A stretch of DNA of 64,000 nt, from contig CP070751.1 of NCBI GenBank assembly GCA_020348445.1, positions 2,444,892 to 2,508,891 of the forward strand, written 5' to 3'. A program made the position numbers and the translations under genes. Below the pieces are notes generated by a model. The model was not told the DNA's origin. It saw nothing but the letters and a program-made list of their open reading frames with translations, and made no database searches. Below, piece after piece: positions 37,420-46,881 of the stretch (position 1 is the first letter of the stretch; each line of letters starts with the position of its first letter). The stretch comes from Thermoplasmata archaeon (GTDB taxonomy: Archaea > Thermoplasmatota > Thermoplasmata > GCA-020350865).

Positions 37420-39350
37420 ACTAGAACCCCCAGTGCACTTAATACTATATTGAGTAAAAAGCCCACGAAAAATGCAAATGGAAAGATAAAGGCAATTATA
37501 CCGAGAGTGACCTTTTTTCCCCGCTCCTTGTACATCATCATAACCTGAGCAATGCAAGGTATAAAAAGTGTCAAAGTAACAGCCGCCACTGTAAGCTGTG
37601 CCATTGTAAGTGTGCCGCTGATATCGTAAAGACCAGCTGCTCCGTAATCCCTTCTAAAGAAACCGTATATGAAAACAGGTGCCGCACTTCCTGGAAGCCC
37701 GAGTCCACCCATGAGAGGGGCAAGCCAATTTACTAGATGAACAAATACTCCAGTAATATCCCCAAGCCACAGAAGGACACTGGCTATCACGAAAAGCGGA
37801 AGTACTTCCTTGAAGTACCATATCATCCTAGTGTATGTTTTTACAAGGACATTGGAGAGTTTGGGAACTCTCAGAGGAGGAAGTTCCATAAAGAACTGGG
37901 GTTTTCCCCCTGGAATCAGCGTGGAACCCAACCAGCCAATGAAGAGCATGACAACAAATATTACCATGGCCCAGGTGAATAGTGCCAAAACACTCCTGGA
38001 AAGTATTCCAAATATGACTCCAAGTTGTGCCGAACAGGGGATCGCAAGTGCAAGAAGAAGGGTTGCCAAAATCCGCTCTTTCTTTGTCTCAAGCGTACGG
38101 GTGACAAGTGTACCCATTGTATCGCATCCCAGACCCAGTGTCATGGGAATCACTGCTCTTCCTGAGAGGCCGATTTTCTTAAAGACCCGGTCAATAAGCA
38201 GGGACAGTCTTGGAAGGTAGCCTGTATCCTCAAGTATGGAGAACGCCAAAAAGAATATCCCCACTATGGGAAATATTATGGCCACTGCGTATCTTAGACC
38301 CAGGGTCACGATCCCGAATTCCCCACCAATTATGCCCCTAACGGGATCCCAGGGAACATTTTCCTCTAAAAAACCATCTACCCTTGGATTGATGTGCCCC
38401 TCGAATAGGGTCCCTTCTATAAAATCAACAAGCTCTCCTGCACCGAAAACTCCCACAAGCAAGTAAAGCCCTATAATCACGGATATTAAAATTGGAATTC
38501 CTGTGGAAGGCCGTATCATTGCCCTGCTTATCTTTTCCTTTAGATCCAATGGTCTTTCACCCTCGGCTCTGACCGCCCTTTCAGCCAGTTTATCTATCTG
38601 ATTCTGCCTGGAATTGGCAACAACATAATCAAGGGGTCTTGCATAGGAATCCCGCACTTCTTCTGCTATTTCTTTTGCTTTTGTAAACACCTTTTTATTC
38701 TTTTCAGAAACCATTGCTTCGATTGTTGATTCACCCTGTAGAAGAAAAAGTGCAATGGACCGTTTACTTATAGGATAATCCCCTTCAAGAAGATCTTCTA
38801 TTTTTATAGCCGCTTCCTCGATCTCTTTTGAGTATCTCACCTTGCGTCCCGGGGCAAGCCCTCTGTTTAGGGTGGTTGTAATGGCTTTATCAAGTTCTTT
38901 TAGGCCCTCCCCTTTTGTTGCTGCTGTGGGAATCACAGGAATTCCCAAGGCTTCTTCCAGTGCCATGAAATCGAACTGCATCCCTTCCTCTTCTGCCTCG
39001 TCGATCATGTTCAGGACGGCGATTGTCGGAAGGCCGGTTTCAATAAGTTGAAGTGTTAAATGCAGCATGCGGTCGATGTTCTTGGCATCCAGAACGTTAA
39101 TAATCAAACTTGGGTTCTCATTTAAAAGAATGTCCCTTGCAACCCTTTCCTCCTCTGTTATTGGTAAAAGGGAATACATACCCGGGGTGTCAATGATCTC
39201 CACTTTCTTTCCCGATATCTCAGTCTTTCCCCTATCCACGGCAACTGTTGTTCCTGGATAATTTGAGACAACGACATAGGCACCTGTTAGGGCGTTGAAA
39301 ATCACGCTCTTCCCCACATTGGGATAGCCCATAAGAAGTATGGTGTCCAT
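37416..39350 (-). CDS. feoB: Ferrous iron transport protein B
   Basis: G1 GYPNVGKS, NYPGTTV, DTPG, NMID GTPase motifs; membrane gate motifs EDTGYLPR, PCSAQ, F.PC. Confidence 0.95.
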   Translation of the reverse strand: MDTILLMGYPNVGKSVIFNALTGAYVVVSNYPGTTVAVDRGKTEISGKKVEIIDTPGMYSLLPITEEERVARDILLNENPSLIINVLDAKNIDRMLHLTLQLIETGLPTIAVLNMIDEAEEEGMQFDFMALEEALGIPVIPTAATKGEGLKELDKAITTTLNRGLAPGRKVRYSKEIEEAAIKIEDLLEGDYPISKRSIALFLLQGESTIEAMVSEKNKKVFTKAKEIAEEVRDSYARPLDYVVANSRQNQIDKLAERAVRAEGERPLDLKEKISRAMIRPSTGIPILISVIIGLYLLVGVFGAGELVDFIEGTLFEGHINPRVDGFLEENVPWDPVRGIIGGEFGIVTLGLRYAVAIIFPIVGIFFLAFSILEDTGYLPRLSLLIDRVFKKIGLSGRAVIPMTLGLGCDTMGTLVTRTLETKKERILATLLLALAIPCSAQLGVIFGILSRSVLALFTWAMVIFVVMLFIGWLGSTLIPGGKPQFFMELPPLRVPKLSNVLVKTYTRMIWYFKEVLPLFVIASVLLWLGDITGVFVHLVNWLAPLMGGLGLPGSAAPVFIYGFFRRDYGAAGLYDISGTLTMAQLTVAAVTLTLFIPCIAQVMMMYKERGKKVTLGIIAFIFPFAFFVGFLLNIVLSALGVLV

Positions 39351-39449
39351 TTCCTTGTCTTTTTTAATTGCTTTGACTTGTTCATTTTCGGATGTCCCAT
39401 GACACCCTTTTTTCTTGTTCTTCAGGCTACATCCTCCCCGATCATATGT

Positions 39450-39483
39450 TTAGGTTCGCCTAATTATAGTTAGGTATGCCTAA
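39450..39483. promoter_or_regulatory. Two DtxR/IdeR-type operator palindromes (TTAGG-N4-CCTAA) upstream of feoB
   Basis: TTAGGTTCGCCTAA at 39450-39463 and TTAGGTATGCCTAA at 39470-39483, immediately downstream (minus strand) of a TATATATA tract. Confidence 0.8.
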
Positions 39484-39629
39484 ATATATATATATAGTTT
39501 TTGGTGGGAGATACTGTTGAGTTATGAATGATTTTTTTAACTGGCTAAAAATGGGTGATAATATGAGTTTTTGGAAGGATTTATGGAAAAAGATTAAGAC
39601 TATGAAAATCATATAGAAAAGGATTAATT

Positions 39630-40220
39630 ATGAGCCTCAATTTTTTTTATAATATTTATTTTATCTGTATACTAATATCATTACTTATGGTATTAGACTA
39701 TTGGCTGACATTAATCAGTCAAAAATATTTCGATAAATATGGAAGTAAATATTTACAAGTAGAATCACTCGAATTAAATCCTACATTCCAAAAAAGCATA
39801 AAAGAAGGTAAATACAATCCAAAACATTTGTTAGGTATTATCTTCGTAATATTTTGTTTAATAATAACATTCTATTTAAAGAGTCTCAATCTCAATATTT
39901 TCGGTTTCGATTTAGGATTTTTTTATGAATTTTTAGTAGGATTTTTTATTTTAATTTTTGTTAGCATTAATTCTGGACATATTCAAAGTATATTTTATCT
40001 TAATTTTATTGGAAAACATCCAAATGTAATAGAAGGGAGAATAAGACGTGAAATGTCTCTCCAATATTATATAAGGATGTTATCTTTCTTTTCAATATCG
40101 TTTATCTTATTGTTTATTCTAATTTTTAATCCTACAATATTTATATTTGGTGGACTCATTGGTACATTAATAGTTAGCATTTGGCTTAATGAATTATATC
40201 AGAAAACGGTGAAAAAATAA
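39630..40220 (+). CDS. Hypothetical membrane protein (AT-rich)
   Basis: 196-aa ORF with several hydrophobic helices and visibly AT-rich codon usage; no family recognised. Confidence 0.65.
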   Translation: MSLNFFYNIYFICILISLLMVLDYWLTLISQKYFDKYGSKYLQVESLELNPTFQKSIKEGKYNPKHLLGIIFVIFCLIITFYLKSLNLNIFGFDLGFFYEFLVGFFILIFVSINSGHIQSIFYLNFIGKHPNVIEGRIRREMSLQYYIRMLSFFSISFILLFILIFNPTIFIFGGLIGTLIVSIWLNELYQKTVKK

Positions 40221-40454
40221 TTATTTAAAATTTCAGATTTTGGATGTTGTTTAATTTTCTCCATTGTCTTTCAGAACAGAATTTATGTTCCCAACTTTCT
40301 CTTGGCTTTGATTTAACAATATTTCCATTCTGAGATATTGTGTCATTAAGGCACTTATTCAAAATCTTATCGTTTCCAAAAAAGTTTTAAATACGATTAC
40401 ATCAATGTATAATTTGAGGAAGTGATATCCTCCCAAAAAACTGGGGGAATAAAA

Positions 40455-41174
40455 ATGTATAAAATCGCAATTGTGCGAATTTCGGTAATAATGTTGCTAA
40501 TCTGTGTGATAAATCCTGTTACAGTCTCACAGGCTCCTGATGGACAAAGTTCAGAGCAAATAGATTTATTGAATCAAAGCACAATGAAATCCATCAATAA
40601 TACTATTATACGAGAATCAGTAAATTTGGTTATACAATATGATTTTGACACAGATATGGATGGGATCCCTGATGCCAATGAACTTGGATTTGAATTTGAT
40701 TTTGACAATGATATTGGTTTGGCAGATGACCCCAATAACCCAGTGACGCCAGATACAGGTCCAGATAACATCGATCGCGACAGTGACAACGATGGAATAT
40801 TGGATTGGCCTTGGGGCAACGATACGATTTTAATACAGCCTATAACAGGTAAAACTAAATCCTTAATGGAGTTGACCGATGTGTTTTCAGTGTATGTCGA
40901 TGAAGTAGGTGAATCGACAAAATTACAGTTTTCTCCTGAAGACAATAATTACCAACTTGATATATCCAAGTTAAGAAACGGAGAACATGTTATTTACGTT
41001 CAACATATCGTCAATGATGGATATAACTTAAACACCTCTACATTCGAGTTTTATATCGAAGTTCAGAAAGATTCTAATGATCAAGATTCTTTTCCTATTA
41101 TTTGGTTAGGTTTAATTGCAATAATACTAATCTGTGTTGTGTTATTAGCTTTAATGATGTTGTATAGGAGATAA
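40455..41174 (+). CDS. Secreted protein with TSP3-like Ca-binding motifs and C-terminal TM anchor
   Basis: DTDMDGIPDANE and DRDSDNDGILD motifs; signal peptide; TM helix plus RR. ATG 40455 follows GGGGGA (the ORF track starts at 40422). Confidence 0.7.
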   Translation: MYKIAIVRISVIMLLICVINPVTVSQAPDGQSSEQIDLLNQSTMKSINNTIIRESVNLVIQYDFDTDMDGIPDANELGFEFDFDNDIGLADDPNNPVTPDTGPDNIDRDSDNDGILDWPWGNDTILIQPITGKTKSLMELTDVFSVYVDEVGESTKLQFSPEDNNYQLDISKLRNGEHVIYVQHIVNDGYNLNTSTFEFYIEVQKDSNDQDSFPIIWLGLIAIILICVVLLALMMLYRR

Positions 41175-41318
41175 CCAGCTCACTCTTTTAAATCAGACCA
41201 AAATTGCAGGACCGAGAATCAGTGAATTCCAATTGACTATAGGTATTAATATCGGTGAGAAAGTTAAAGACGATTTTACAAAAAGAAATATAACAAATGA
41301 AAGCATTTATGTTACTTG

Positions 41319-41398
41319 CCCCCAACTCCCTCTGACCCTTCCTCGCACAAACTAGGCTTCTTAAGCCTTAATTTTTCCCTCCTTAGGGGAGTTGGGGG
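41319..41398. other. GC-rich inverted repeat with an internal hairpin, between convergent genes
   Basis: CCCCCAACTCCC (41319-41330) pairs perfectly with GGGAGTTGGGGG (41387-41398); inner AGGCTT-CTT-AAGCCT at 41354-41368. Confidence 0.6.
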
Positions 41399-41472
41399 TG
41401 GTTTTCTAATTTCTGTGATTACCTTATGCAAAATCCTTTTGATCTAAATTTTTGAGTAAATCAAAATGTATA

Positions 41473-42075
41473 CTATCTTCTTTCCATTCCGATAATATAC
41501 CAGTCCTGTGGTTCATCCAACTCAGTATCCACTGTAAGATGTATGATTGCTAGGTTAGGATAAAGATTTTTCAATTCATCCAAATCGACTTCTTCGAATC
41601 TCTTCAGATTATTGAGGTAGGCCTGCTCTGTGAGGGCATTGGATTCGTAGTTCTCCTTGGTCCTTCTAAGTATTCTTTGGATACTGGCATCCTTGCTGCA
41701 ATGGGTCTGCAATATCACAAAAGTCTTGCTCTGGGTCGCGGCAATAGAAGCTGCCCTCTTGCGCAGCTCGGATGTTACAAACGTCGCATCCATTATGGCT
41801 CCGTTCTCCTTTTCTAGCATCTCTTCGGCACGCCTGAACATCTCGTCGTATACCTTTTTTCGAATCTCGTAGTTGGAGGCCACCTTTTCATCGAAGACAT
41901 CCATACCCTTTAGCACCTCGAGGCGAATGAGATCAGTCCTCAGAATAGGATAACCTTTGATTTTGGATACCTCTTGTGTGGTTTCTGTCTTCCAGGTCCC
42001 GGGAAGACCGCATGCGATAAGAAGTGTTCCGGGTTTAAGATTGGCTTCTATAAACTCTGCGAAGGGTTCTCTCAT
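41473..42075 (-). CDS. P-loop kinase, AAA_33/COG0645-like
   Basis: GLPGTWKT Walker-A-like motif, LRTD..R, MDATF, lid region. Confidence 0.8.
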   Translation of the reverse strand: MREPFAEFIEANLKPGTLLIACGLPGTWKTETTQEVSKIKGYPILRTDLIRLEVLKGMDVFDEKVASNYEIRKKVYDEMFRRAEEMLEKENGAIMDATFVTSELRKRAASIAATQSKTFVILQTHCSKDASIQRILRRTKENYESNALTEQAYLNNLKRFEEVDLDELKNLYPNLAIIHLTVDTELDEPQDWYIIGMERR

Positions 42076-42119
42076 GTCATCACTTTCCTTTTAGGCAATT
42101 ATCATGATTGTATATATTA

Positions 42120-43130
42120 TTAATCTTCACCGATATATGAATATGCCAAATTAAAATACTTCTTTGCGGTGTCCATGGCTTGCTTCCCTTTCTCACCTGT
42201 AATGCTGGGGTCGTTTAACATAAAGCTTGTGACCTTTCCTCTAACATATGCCCTGTAGACCTTGTAGAATTTGATGAGATGGTCGATATCCTTTTCATTG
42301 GTTTTTTCACAATACGCTTTCTTCAGCTCTGCTGCCAGGTCTTTCCCATCATTGTATTCCAGGTCCATGAGTAAAAACGCAATGTCAGAGGCAGTATCAG
42401 AATACCTGAACCTCTCATTGAACTCTATGCAGTCGAAGATGATGATGGGATCAGTTAAACAGATATGCTCCATGTGAAGGTCGCCGTGGCAGTCCCTGAT
42501 CTTTTTATCAGAAATCCTCTGCTCAAAGAGCTTCTTAAATTTTTTATAGAAATCATTTGTCCACTTTTTCAAATCCGCATGCTGCTTCTTGGTAATTACC
42601 TTACCAATAAATTCCTGGGTCTGGGAAAAGTTCTCATCGGTATTGAACTTGATCACCTCGATCTTTCCGAAAGCGTCGATCTCCTTTGCCTGTCTTGAGG
42701 ATTTGTGAAAGGCGGCCACTGCTTCTGCCACCCTCTTAATATCCTTGGACGTGATCTTACCCTCTTTAAGTTTCGATTTCAGCAGGTTCTCTATAGGCAG
42801 ACGCTTCATCTTGACTGCGTATTCCACAATTTCCCCTTCCCCGTTAATAACGTGGTTTTCATCGTCCAGGGTAACGGGATATACTCCAAGATAAATCCCT
42901 TCAGAAAACCTGTTGTTCAGTTCCACCTCCTGCTCGCAGTAGAATTTTCTTTTTTCCAATGTGGAGAAATCCAAGAATCCGAAATCCACTGATTTCTTCA
43001 ATTTATACACGAAATTGTCGCATATGAATACGTTTGATATGTGGGTCTGCGCAAGACTAACCTCTTTTGTTTCCTCGGGATATGCCTCAGGTTTTAATAG
43101 ATCATCAATTATCTTGGACATGGTTATCAC
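42120..43130 (-). CDS. Aminoglycoside-phosphotransferase-like protein (COG2187-like)
   Basis: THIS.VF...VYKLKK.VDFGFLDFSTLEKR...C..E..LN, RDCHGDLH, FDCIEFNERFR. Confidence 0.88.
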   Translation of the reverse strand: MITMSKIIDDLLKPEAYPEETKEVSLAQTHISNVFICDNFVYKLKKSVDFGFLDFSTLEKRKFYCEQEVELNNRFSEGIYLGVYPVTLDDENHVINGEGEIVEYAVKMKRLPIENLLKSKLKEGKITSKDIKRVAEAVAAFHKSSRQAKEIDAFGKIEVIKFNTDENFSQTQEFIGKVITKKQHADLKKWTNDFYKKFKKLFEQRISDKKIRDCHGDLHMEHICLTDPIIIFDCIEFNERFRYSDTASDIAFLLMDLEYNDGKDLAAELKKAYCEKTNEKDIDHLIKFYKVYRAYVRGKVTSFMLNDPSITGEKGKQAMDTAKKYFNLAYSYIGED

Positions 43131-44014
43131 TTTTTCCTTTTCAGGGTTTCAAATTGATCAATAACAAAATCAGGTACATCTACTGTGCCCATTATAATAG
43201 GATTCTGGTGACAGTCAGAGCCACCTGTCATAAGTAGGTTGTGGCTTTTGGCAAAGTTTATATAATGATCAGCGGTTTTTTCATCATGGCGGGAATGCCA
43301 ACATTCAACTCCATCTATATAAGCGAGCATTGCATTTTCAATGATTTCTGTCTGCACTTCAAGGGATTGTGTGACCTTCACCAGGGAGGTTCCATTGGGA
43401 TCATTTGGATGCGCAAATATCAATATCCCACCTGCATCATGAACCAAGGAGGAAGCCTCTTTTAATCCAAAAGGAAACTTTGGCACATTGCAGCGCACAA
43501 GGTATTTATCGAAAGCCTCCTGCTTGTCTGAGACAATTCCTTTTTTCACAAGGTAAGATGCAATGTGCGGCCTTCCAAAAACACCATCCACACTTTCTTG
43601 GATGGCCTTTATATCTTTTTGGGTGAGGGGATCGATTCCCTCAGACTCGAACTCGTAATTGATCTTTTCTAATATCTTTAAAGCCCTATCATCTCGAAAA
43701 TGTGTGATCTCTTTTAATTTCTCTCTCAATGCCGAATTCTCGAAATCGTAATGGTAAGCCAAGAAATCAAGGGCTATGGCTTTTCCTTTGGTGTACTCAG
43801 TGTGGGAAAACGTTATGTTAAACTCCAAACCTGTGATGTACTCCAAACCTGCTTCCTGGGCCAGTGCTTTGGCACGAGCCTGACATTCCATTGAATCATG
43901 ATCAGTTATGGAGAGCACATCAATATTTCTATGGACGGCCTCTCTGAATATTTCTTCAAGGCTCATTCTGCCGTCCGAACAGTTCTTGGAGTGAATGTGA
44001 AGATCTATTTTCAT
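43127..44014 (-). CDS. PHP-domain metal-dependent phosphoesterase
   Basis: DLHIHS..SDG, ITDHD, GLE, RPH, AHP, GGSDCH. Confidence 0.92.
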   Translation of the reverse strand: MKIDLHIHSKNCSDGRMSLEEIFREAVHRNIDVLSITDHDSMECQARAKALAQEAGLEYITGLEFNITFSHTEYTKGKAIALDFLAYHYDFENSALREKLKEITHFRDDRALKILEKINYEFESEGIDPLTQKDIKAIQESVDGVFGRPHIASYLVKKGIVSDKQEAFDKYLVRCNVPKFPFGLKEASSLVHDAGGILIFAHPNDPNGTSLVKVTQSLEVQTEIIENAMLAYIDGVECWHSRHDEKTADHYINFAKSHNLLMTGGSDCHQNPIIMGTVDVPDFVIDQFETLKRKK

Positions 44015-44068
44015 TATTCATCACTTCTTTGATCCGGCCCCAACATAATTTCCGCATTTTTATGATAG

Positions 44069-45346
44069 TTATGTGCCTGCCGAATAATCTGTTAAATACT
44101 TCTTCTGCTCCTCTGTGAGCCTATCGATTGTGATGCCCTGGGTCGCAAGCTTCAGTTGGGCAACTTCCTGGTCCTGCTCCTTTGTCACATCGTATATCCT
44201 GTTCTCAAGGGAATTGCCATTTTTAGCAAGCCACATCATGGAGAGGAACTGGTTTGCAAAGGACATGTCCATGACTTCAGAAGGATGACCCTCGGCTGAT
44301 GCCAGGTTAACAAGCCTTCCCTGGGCCAAAAGGAATATCTTATTTCCGTTTTTAAGGGTGTACTCCTCATTTGAAGGTCGGATCTCACGAACCGATGTGG
44401 ACATTTCCTTCAAATCTTTGATATTTACCTCGCAGTCGTAGTGTCCAGTATTGCACACAATGGCTCCGTCTTTCATGAGTTCAAAATGTCTTTTTACAAT
44501 GATATCCTTCATCCCTGCCGCTGTGATAAATATATCCCCGATTTTTGCTGCCTCGTCCATTTTCATCACTCTAAATCCTTCCAAAGTTGCTTTCAAAGCC
44601 ATAATAGGATTGACCTCTGTTACTATGACATTTGCTCCGAGACCTTTTGCCCGCATGGCAACACCGCGGCCGCAGTGACCGTATCCAGCCACTACAAAAT
44701 TCTTTCCTGCAATAAGAACGCTCGTTGCTCTCAGAATACCGTCAAGGGAACTCTGACCTGTGCCGTATACATTATCGAAATCCCATTTTGTCTCTGCATC
44801 ATTCACTGCCATTATGGGATACAGTAGTTTTCCGTCCTCGGCCATGGCCCTTAAGCGGTGAACACCTGTTGTGGTCTCCTCTGTACCGCCAATAACTTCT
44901 TTGGCAAGCTCTGGGTGCTTGTTGTGTATCGTAAATATCAGGTCCGCACCGTCGTCAAGTGTCAGTGTCGGTTTCATTTCCAAGGTCTTTTCAATTGCCC
45001 AGTAGAACTCATCCACATTCATGCCGTGCCATGCATAAACTGAAATCCCTTGCTTTGCCAAGGCTGCGGCGATATCGTCCTGGGTGCTTAAGGGATTGCA
45101 TCCACTCCATGAGACTTCTGCACCTGCCAAAACCAGTGTTTTGATAAGAACGGCAGTTTCCTTGGTTACGTGAAGACAGCCCGCAATTCTCATGCCTTTT
45201 AGTGGCTTTGACTCGCTGTACTTCTTTTGAAAGGCCATCATAACCGGCATTCTTGATTCGGCCCACTCGATCTTCTTCTGTCCAGATTCGGCAAGGCTTA
45301 TGTCCTTTACTTTATAATTCTTGTTACTATCTGCATCGTTTTCCAT
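44069..45346 (-). CDS. ahcY: Adenosylhomocysteinase
   Basis: GCLHVTKET, CNPLSTQD, EETTTGVHRL, FDNVYGTGQS, GYGHCGRG, GHPSEVMDMSF. Confidence 0.97.
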   Translation of the reverse strand: MENDADSNKNYKVKDISLAESGQKKIEWAESRMPVMMAFQKKYSESKPLKGMRIAGCLHVTKETAVLIKTLVLAGAEVSWSGCNPLSTQDDIAAALAKQGISVYAWHGMNVDEFYWAIEKTLEMKPTLTLDDGADLIFTIHNKHPELAKEVIGGTEETTTGVHRLRAMAEDGKLLYPIMAVNDAETKWDFDNVYGTGQSSLDGILRATSVLIAGKNFVVAGYGHCGRGVAMRAKGLGANVIVTEVNPIMALKATLEGFRVMKMDEAAKIGDIFITAAGMKDIIVKRHFELMKDGAIVCNTGHYDCEVNIKDLKEMSTSVREIRPSNEEYTLKNGNKIFLLAQGRLVNLASAEGHPSEVMDMSFANQFLSMMWLAKNGNSLENRIYDVTKEQDQEVAQLKLATQGITIDRLTEEQKKYLTDYSAGT

Positions 45347-45404
45347 AATCGTTCACCAAAATGTCCTATGTTTCGGATGTTTATATAGTTTTTCTAAGGT
45401 ATTT

Positions 45405-45472
45405 TGTACATATTTTATCATTTTATATAAAATAATGTACATTGTCCGAAAGATTAATAAATATTGTGTACA
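45405..45472. promoter_or_regulatory. Three TGTACA palindromic cores at exact 31-bp spacing (putative Lrp operator array)
   Basis: TGTACA at 45405, 45436 (within AATGTACATT) and 45467, in the divergent ahcY/lrp region. Confidence 0.65.
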
Positions 45473-45490
45473 ATTAACCCATCAGATACT

Positions 45491-45922
45491 GTGACATTGG
45501 ACAAAAGAGATGAAAAGATAATAAAAGCCCTTAAAAAAAATGCCCGGGCCAGTATAAGGGATATCTCAAAGGCAACGCAAATTCGGCCAAGTACTGTACA
45601 TCAGCGAATAAAAAGGCTGCAAGAAGACGGTGTGATCGAGGGATTCACAGTAAAGTTGAACGATGATAAAATCGGCAAGGGATTTGCAGTCTTTATGCTG
45701 ATTTCGGGATCAACAGAGAGGTACCTTGACCAAAGATTCCTAAAAAACGAGCATGTGAAGGGGATATATGGAATTACAGGGGAGTACGATCTTTTAATAA
45801 AATTGAAATTTCGGGACATGATCGCCTTCAACGAATTTTTACTAACATTCAGAGAGAAATACAGCGAGCACATCCAAAAAACATTGACCATGGTTCAGAC
45901 AGTGAAATTGAAGGAGGAGTAA
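45491..45922 (+). CDS. Lrp/AsnC-family transcriptional regulator
   Basis: LD..D.KII..L..NAR.S..IS....STV..RI..L...GVI.GF; ITGEYDLLIK. Likely start is GTG 45491 or TTG 45497. Confidence 0.92.
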   Translation: MTLDKRDEKIIKALKKNARASIRDISKATQIRPSTVHQRIKRLQEDGVIEGFTVKLNDDKIGKGFAVFMLISGSTERYLDQRFLKNEHVKGIYGITGEYDLLIKLKFRDMIAFNEFLLTFREKYSEHIQKTLTMVQTVKLKEE

Positions 45923-46458
45923 CGTTCAGACATTGCGAAAGGGAATGCAAGTCTCAGAGTATAAAAGAGGCATGTAAAGATCAAAACCCTCTGCTCTTGC
46001 CTTCCTGATAACCAATGTGGATTTTGTCTGGGATCCGAGTTTGTACGTTCTTAGATACATGTTCTTCACTTGGAGTCTCGGCAATCCATACAAGACAATA
46101 TAAAGGTCACCCTAAAAATATCATCGGCGATAATCTATGTAATACTCTGATTTACCTCTGTGCCCCGGTTTTCAAATGACTATGAAGGATCCTAATCATG
46201 TATTGAACTTCTTTTGCCAGCGCTTTCTACCTTTTCTGTACTCCTTGGGGGTCAGAAGAACACTTGAATACTTCTTTGTTGAGACAACTTCAATGAACTT
46301 ATCATCCTTGTTTCGTGCTTTCATTTCAAATACCGTATTAAATATTGGTAAATAAGGAGTATTAAACGTCTTGCCACAAATATCAATTGTGATAATACCG
46401 TCGTAGAAAGTGATCTATTACCATTACATTTCAATTAAAAATTTGGTAATAATTAGCG

Positions 46459-46881
46459 TTAATAACACTTTTTCTCACATGTACAGATCTTATTCCCGTG
46501 CTTACTGAGTGTATTTGCCCCCCAATATTTGAAGGCATAGACAAGAGTATCGTACGATTCCTCATTGGAGAGAGAGATGTTTAACTTGGGAAGAAGTTTG
46601 TTCTTATAAAGCATCCTGGCAACTGATGTCACAGCATCCTTTGTTTCGTTTGACTTAGAATCACTTATACTCAGTAATTTGAATGGACAGTTTGATTCGT
46701 CAGAATGTTTTATCATGTCAATGATATGCGGTTCTACTTCATTTTGAGCCGTCTCTATTTTCGATACTGTATCTGCTTTCAACGCGACCATATTTCTCCC
46801 GTAGGTTAATAGGCATATGGCCTTATAAGACTTATGGAATAAAATATCAATAATGATTCTATTTTTTTTACATCCCGTCAC
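46459..46881 (-). CDS. Hypothetical protein
   Basis: 140-aa ORF adjacent to the sirtuin. Start is uncertain (possibly MVALKAD); no motif recognised. Confidence 0.45.
   Translation of the reverse strand: MTGCKKNRIIIDILFHKSYKAICLLTYGRNMVALKADTVSKIETAQNEVEPHIIDMIKHSDESNCPFKLLSISDSKSNETKDAVTSVARMLYKNKLLPKLNISLSNEESYDTLVYAFKYWGANTLSKHGNKICTCEKKCY

Noticed and set aside
46196-46324. 42-aa basic minus-strand ORF (MKARNKDDKF...)
   Set aside because: No clear RBS, no motif and too short to support without homology evidence.
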